Shown one piece after another: positions 59,276 to 64,000 of a DNA stretch of 64,000 nt (positions within the stretch are counted from its first letter, which is position 1; every line of letters begins with the position of its first letter). Where the stretch lies: NCBI RefSeq assembly GCF_001194135.2, contig NC_069009.1, forward strand, positions 8,729,071 to 8,793,070. Direction: 5' to 3'. Source of the stretch: Octopus bimaculoides. Taxonomy: Eukaryota. The notes under the pieces are model-generated. The model made no database searches and was not told where the DNA came from. It was given only the letters and a program-made list of their open reading frames with translations. The position numbers and the translations under genes were made by a program.

Positions 59276-61309
59276 CCAACCTTATATATATACACACACA
59301 CATATTCATATGTATGTGTATATATATATATATAAGTATATATACATGTGTGTGTATATATATAAGTATATATATCCCTATATATATATATATATATAAA
59401 CACACGGACACCTGTAACTCTAAATGTACATATGAACGTTAGGCCCATTAAACAACACATCTATATACGTTTATAACTATATATATATGTATGTATACTA
59501 TACTTACTCCACTGTGTAGAAGACATCAGTATGAGGTGTGTTGGTAATTATTAAAGTTTCTCCCTTTATCAAGTAATTGTAAAAGTCCAAATCACTTTAC
59601 TAAGTCAGCCATGTTGGTTAAGGTATGTGTTTGTGTCACTATGTCTTTGTACCTGTGAGAGTGGGTGTGTGCCAGTTACTGCTTGTGTACCTGTGTGCGT
59701 ATGTGAGTGTATATGCGTCTTTGTGTATGTGTGAGTGAGAGAGAGAGAGAGTACCTGCGTACACATTTTTGTATAAATACCTGTCTTTCTGCGTGTACCT
59801 GTTCTCTATGTGTGTACTTCTGTATGTGTAACTTTGTATATGTGACTATATCTCTTGGGGGCTAATACAGAATCGCACCTCTACCGCCACATTTAGTTGA
59901 CAAATACATTTTATGAATAAACGGATAAAGAGATAAATAAGAAAGACAGACAAATAAATAAATGGATGAAAAAGTTCAAAATTTAAAATTGGGGGAGGGG
60001 GTGAAATTTGAGCACTTTATTAAACTTTATAACATTAATTATTAAACATTAATGTTTGTTTCTTATAAAATGGTGTATATTTAATTGACATTCAATTATT
60101 ATTAATGATTATTTAAGGCAAACACAAATAAAACGCAAATTCTTTTCACTTTNNNNNNNNNNNNNNNNNNNNNNNNNNNNNNNNNNNNNNNNNNNNNNNN
60201 NNNNNNNNNNNNNNNNNNNNNNNNNNNNNNNNNNNNNNNNNNNNNNNNNNNNNNNNNNNNNNNNNNNNNNNNNNNNNNNNNNNNNNNNNNNNNNNNNNNN
60301 NNNNNNNNNNNNNNNNNNNNNNNNNNNNNNNNNNNNNNNNNNNNNNNNNNNNNNNNNNNNNNNNNNNNNNNNNNNNNNNNNNNNNNNNNNNNNNNNNNNN
60401 NNNNNNNNNNNNNNNNNNNNNNNNNNNNNNNNNNNNNNNNNNNNNNNNNNNNNNNNNNNNNNNNNNNNNNNNNNNNNNNNNNNNNNNNNNNNNNNNNNNN
60501 NNNNNNNNNNNNNNNNNNNNNNNNNNNNNNNNNNNNNNNNNNNNNNNNNNNNNNNNNNNNNNNNNNNNNNNNNNNNNNNNNNNNNNNNNNNNNNNNNNNN
60601 NNNNNNNNNNNNNNNNNNNNNNNNNNNNNNNNNNNNNNNNNNNNNNNNNNNNNNNNNNNNNNNNNNNNNNNNNNNNNNNNNNNNNNNNNNNNNNNNNNNN
60701 NNNNNNNNNNNNNNNNNNNNNNNNNNNNNNNNNNNNNNNNNNNNNNNNNNNNNNNNNNNNNNNNNNNNNNNNNNNNNNNNNNNNNNNNNNNNNNNNNNNN
60801 NNNNNNNNNNNNNNNNNNNNNNNNNNNNNNNNNNNNNNNNNNNNNNNNNNNNNNNNNNNNNNNNNNNNNNNNNNNNNNNNNNNNNNNNNNNNNNNNNNNN
60901 NNNNNNNNNNNNNNNNNNNNNNNNNNNNNNNNNNNNNNNNNNNNNNNNNNNNNNNNNNNNNNNNNNNNNNNNNNNNNNNNNNNNNNNNNNNNNNNNNNNN
61001 NNNNNNNNNNNNNNNNNNNNNNNNNNNNNNNNNNNNNNNNNNNNNNNNNNNNNNNNNNNNNNNNNNNNNNNNNNNNNNNNNNNNNNNNNNNNNGATTTGG
61101 AAGAATTAATAAGGAAGTTCTCCAGTAATTTTCTTTCATGTAAATGTGTAATTAAAGAATTTGTCAGCAAAATCTTATAAAATGAGAATGTTCTAAAAGA
61201 TGTACGTGTTTATGTCATATATGAAAATAAAATTCACAGGGTACTTGTGTAAATGTACCTGTTATATGTTTGTTTGTACATACATATGTATGCATGTGTA
61301 TATATAAAA

Positions 61310-61536
61310 GAATATATACTCTTTTATTCTTTTACTTGTTTCAGTAATTTGACTGTGGCCATGCTGGGGTTTTATTCAAACAAGTCGACTCCAGGACTTA
61401 TTTTTAAGCCTAGTACTTATTCTATCAGTTTTATTGTTGAACTGCTGAGTTATGGAGACGTAAACACACCAACACCGGTTGCCAAGCGATGACAAGTGGG
61501 GAGGACAAATACAAAGACACATGCACGTAGATATGT

Positions 61537-61571
<35 letters not shown>

Positions 61572-61690
61572 AGATGGGCTTCTTTCTATCTCTGCCTACC
61601 AAATCCACTCACGAGCCTTTGGTTACCCCAAGGCTACAGTAGAAAACACTAGCCCAAAGTGCCATGCAATGGGATTGAACCTGGAACCAC
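61310..61690 (-). mobile_element. SINE family A
   Basis: cttttacttgtttcagt..aagcctagtacttattctatc..ccaaatccactcac..gggattgaacctggaacc. Confidence 0.75.
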
Positions 61691-62593
61691 AGAAATGATT
61701 GAGAGGAAAACAATGTAGACAGAATGAAAAAAAAAAAAACCAAGAGACAAAAAAATGTGTAGGGATTAACAGTTCAACAGGATGAAATATTCTTTTATTC
61801 TGTAACAGGTTTCTGCCCTAAGGTTGTGGCTATGCTGAAACACTGCATATCTATCTATCTATCTATCTATCTGTCTGTCTGTCTGTCTGTCTGTCTATTT
61901 GTCTGTCTATATGTATGTATGCATGCATATATATATNNNNNNNNNNNNNNNNNNNNNNNNNNNNNNNNNNNNNNNNNNNNNNNNNNNNNNNNNNNNNNNN
62001 NNNNNNNNNNNNNNNNNNNNNNNNNNNNNNNNNNNNNNNNNNNNNNNNNNNNNNNNNNNNNNNNNNNNNNNNNNNNNNNNNNNNNNNNNNNNNNNNNNNN
62101 NNNNNNNNNNNNNNNNNNNNNNNNNNNNNNNNNNNNNNNNNNNNNNNNNNNNNNNNNNNNNNNNNNNNNNNNNNNNNNNNNNNNNNNNNNNNNNNNNNNN
62201 NNNNNNNNNNNNNNNNNNNNNNNNNNNNNNNNNNNNNNNNNNNNNNNNNNNNNNNNNNNNNNNNNNNNNNNNNNNNNNNNNNNNNNNNNNNNNNNNNNNN
62301 NNNNNNNNNNNNNNNNNNNNNNNNNNNNNNNNNNNNNNNNNNNNNNNNNNNNNNNNNNNNNNNNNNNNNNNNNNNNNNNNNNNNNNNNNNNNNNNNNNNN
62401 NNNNNNNNNNNNNNNNNNNNNNNNNNNNNNNNNNNNNNNNNNNNNNNNNNNNNNNNNNNNNNNNNNNNNNNNNNNNNNNNNNNNNNNNNNNNNNNNNNNN
62501 NNNNNNNNNNNNNNNNNNNNNNNNNNNNNNNNNNNNNNNNNNNNNNNNNNNNNNNNNNNNNNNNNNNNNNNNNNNNNNNNNNNNNNNNNNNNN

Positions 62594-62624
<31 letters not shown>

Positions 62625-62689
62625 AATATATAATTTAGAGAAAAGAACCAAAGTTCATGAACTCATCCATGAAAATCCACAGTCACACC

Positions 62690-64000
62690 ATCATCATCAT
62701 CATCGTTTAACGTCCGCTTTCCATGCTAGCATGGGTTGGACGATTTGACTGAGGACTGGCAAGCCAGAAGGCTGCACCAGGCTCCAATCTGATCTGGCAG
62801 AGTTTCTATAGCTGGATGCCCTTCCTAACGCCAACCACTCCAAGAGTGTAGTGAATGCTTTTACGTGTCACCGGCACGAAGGCCAGTCGGGCGGTACACG
62901 CAACGGCCACGCTCAAGATGGTGTATTTTACGTGCCACCTGCACAGGAGCCAGTCCAGCGGAACTGGCAACGATCTCGCTTGAATGACTTTTCATGTGCC
63001 AGGAACGTGAAGCTGTGGCACAAGTGCCAGGAAGGCGACGCTGGTAACGATCACGCTCAAACGGTGGTGCCATCACGATTCCGCTTTCGCTTGCCCCAAC
63101 AGGTCTTTGGAAGCAGAGTTTAGTGTCCAATGGAGGAGACACTGGCATGGGGGCCAGTCGTCGAATTTAGTTCGATTTCGATTTCACTTGCTTCAACAGG
63201 TCTTCGCAAGTGGAGATTAGTGTCCAATGGAGGAAAGGTACGCATAAGTGGGCTGGCAACATCCCTGGCAGAGGCCTTGCATTTAGGTCTCACTTGGCTT
63301 GCTGGGTCTTCTCACGTACTGCATATTTCCAAAGGTCTCGGTCACAAGTCATTGCCTCGGTGAGGCCTAATGTTCAGAGGTTATGCTTCACCACCTCATT
63401 CCAGGTCTTCCTGGGCCTGCCTCTTCCACAGGTTCCCTCAGCCGCTAGGGTGTGGCACTTTTTCACACAGCTATCCTCATCCATTCTTGCCACATGTTCA
63501 TACCAGCGCATCGTCTCTCTTGCACACCACATCTGATGCTTCTTATGTTCCACTTTTCTCTCAAGATACTTACACTCTGTCGGGTATTCTTACCGACATT
63601 ACTCATCCTTCGGAGCGTACTGGCTTCATTCCTTGCGAGTTTACGCATGTCCTCAGCAGTCGTGGCCCATGTTTCACTGCCATGTAACATGACTGTTTGT
63701 ACACATGCGTCATACAGTCTGCCTTTTACTCTGAGAGAGAGACCCTTTATCACCAGCAGAGGTAAGAACTCTCTGAACTTTTCCCAGGCTATTCTTATTC
63801 TTGCAGCTACACTTTCAGCGCACCCACTCCCACTACTAACTTGGTCACCTAGATAGCGGAAGCTATCAACTACATCTAGTTTTTCTCTCTGGAATGTGGC
63901 AGAAAATGTTTATTGCTCCTGAACATCTGCCACATACAAAAACTAACTTCCTAGTTAACCTTCCTTTGATATTGCTGCACCTCTTATGTGTCCATAGCTT
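62690..64000 (-). mobile_element. RTE-clade LINE (same family as 19585-21460), continues beyond the window
   Basis: KGLSLRVKGRLYDACVQTVMLHGSETW matches the + copy. 3' tail with (CAT)n at 62690. Confidence 0.9.

Overview
Repeat-dense, gap-rich eukaryotic genomic DNA. The SINE/LINE families and (AT)n/(AC)n density suggest an octopus draft assembly, but that is inference only. One protein-coding gene is supported, on the minus strand, and the ORF track does not resolve it. Four exons (29089-29306, 25173-25302, 14315-15547, 11425-12542) join with canonical GT-AG sites and matching phases (1-0, 0-1, 1-1, 1-stop) into 899 codons. The product has a 4-Cys CUB-like ectodomain, one TM helix and a ~750-aa disordered tail ending in a class I PDZ motif (ESIV). 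Its signal-peptide exon(s) and TSS probably lie further right (candidates at 51.2 kb and 58.5 kb). The rest is a dense transposon record: tRNA-derived SINEs, RTE and CR1-like LINEs, pogo, Tc1, mariner, hAT, Helitron/Helentron and a deleted Gypsy-like element. The most unusual signal is a small mobile family, present at three loci, that joins a tRNA-like Pol III head to a Penelope-style tail carrying a minimal hammerhead ribozyme. It inserts as inverted fold-back pairs with 11-13 bp target-site duplications. Several other hammerhead-like fold-back families, long intronic inverted repeats and an intron-containing pogo transposase are also present. No database searches or folding calculations could be run, and most ORF-track entries are N-gap or microsatellite artefacts.
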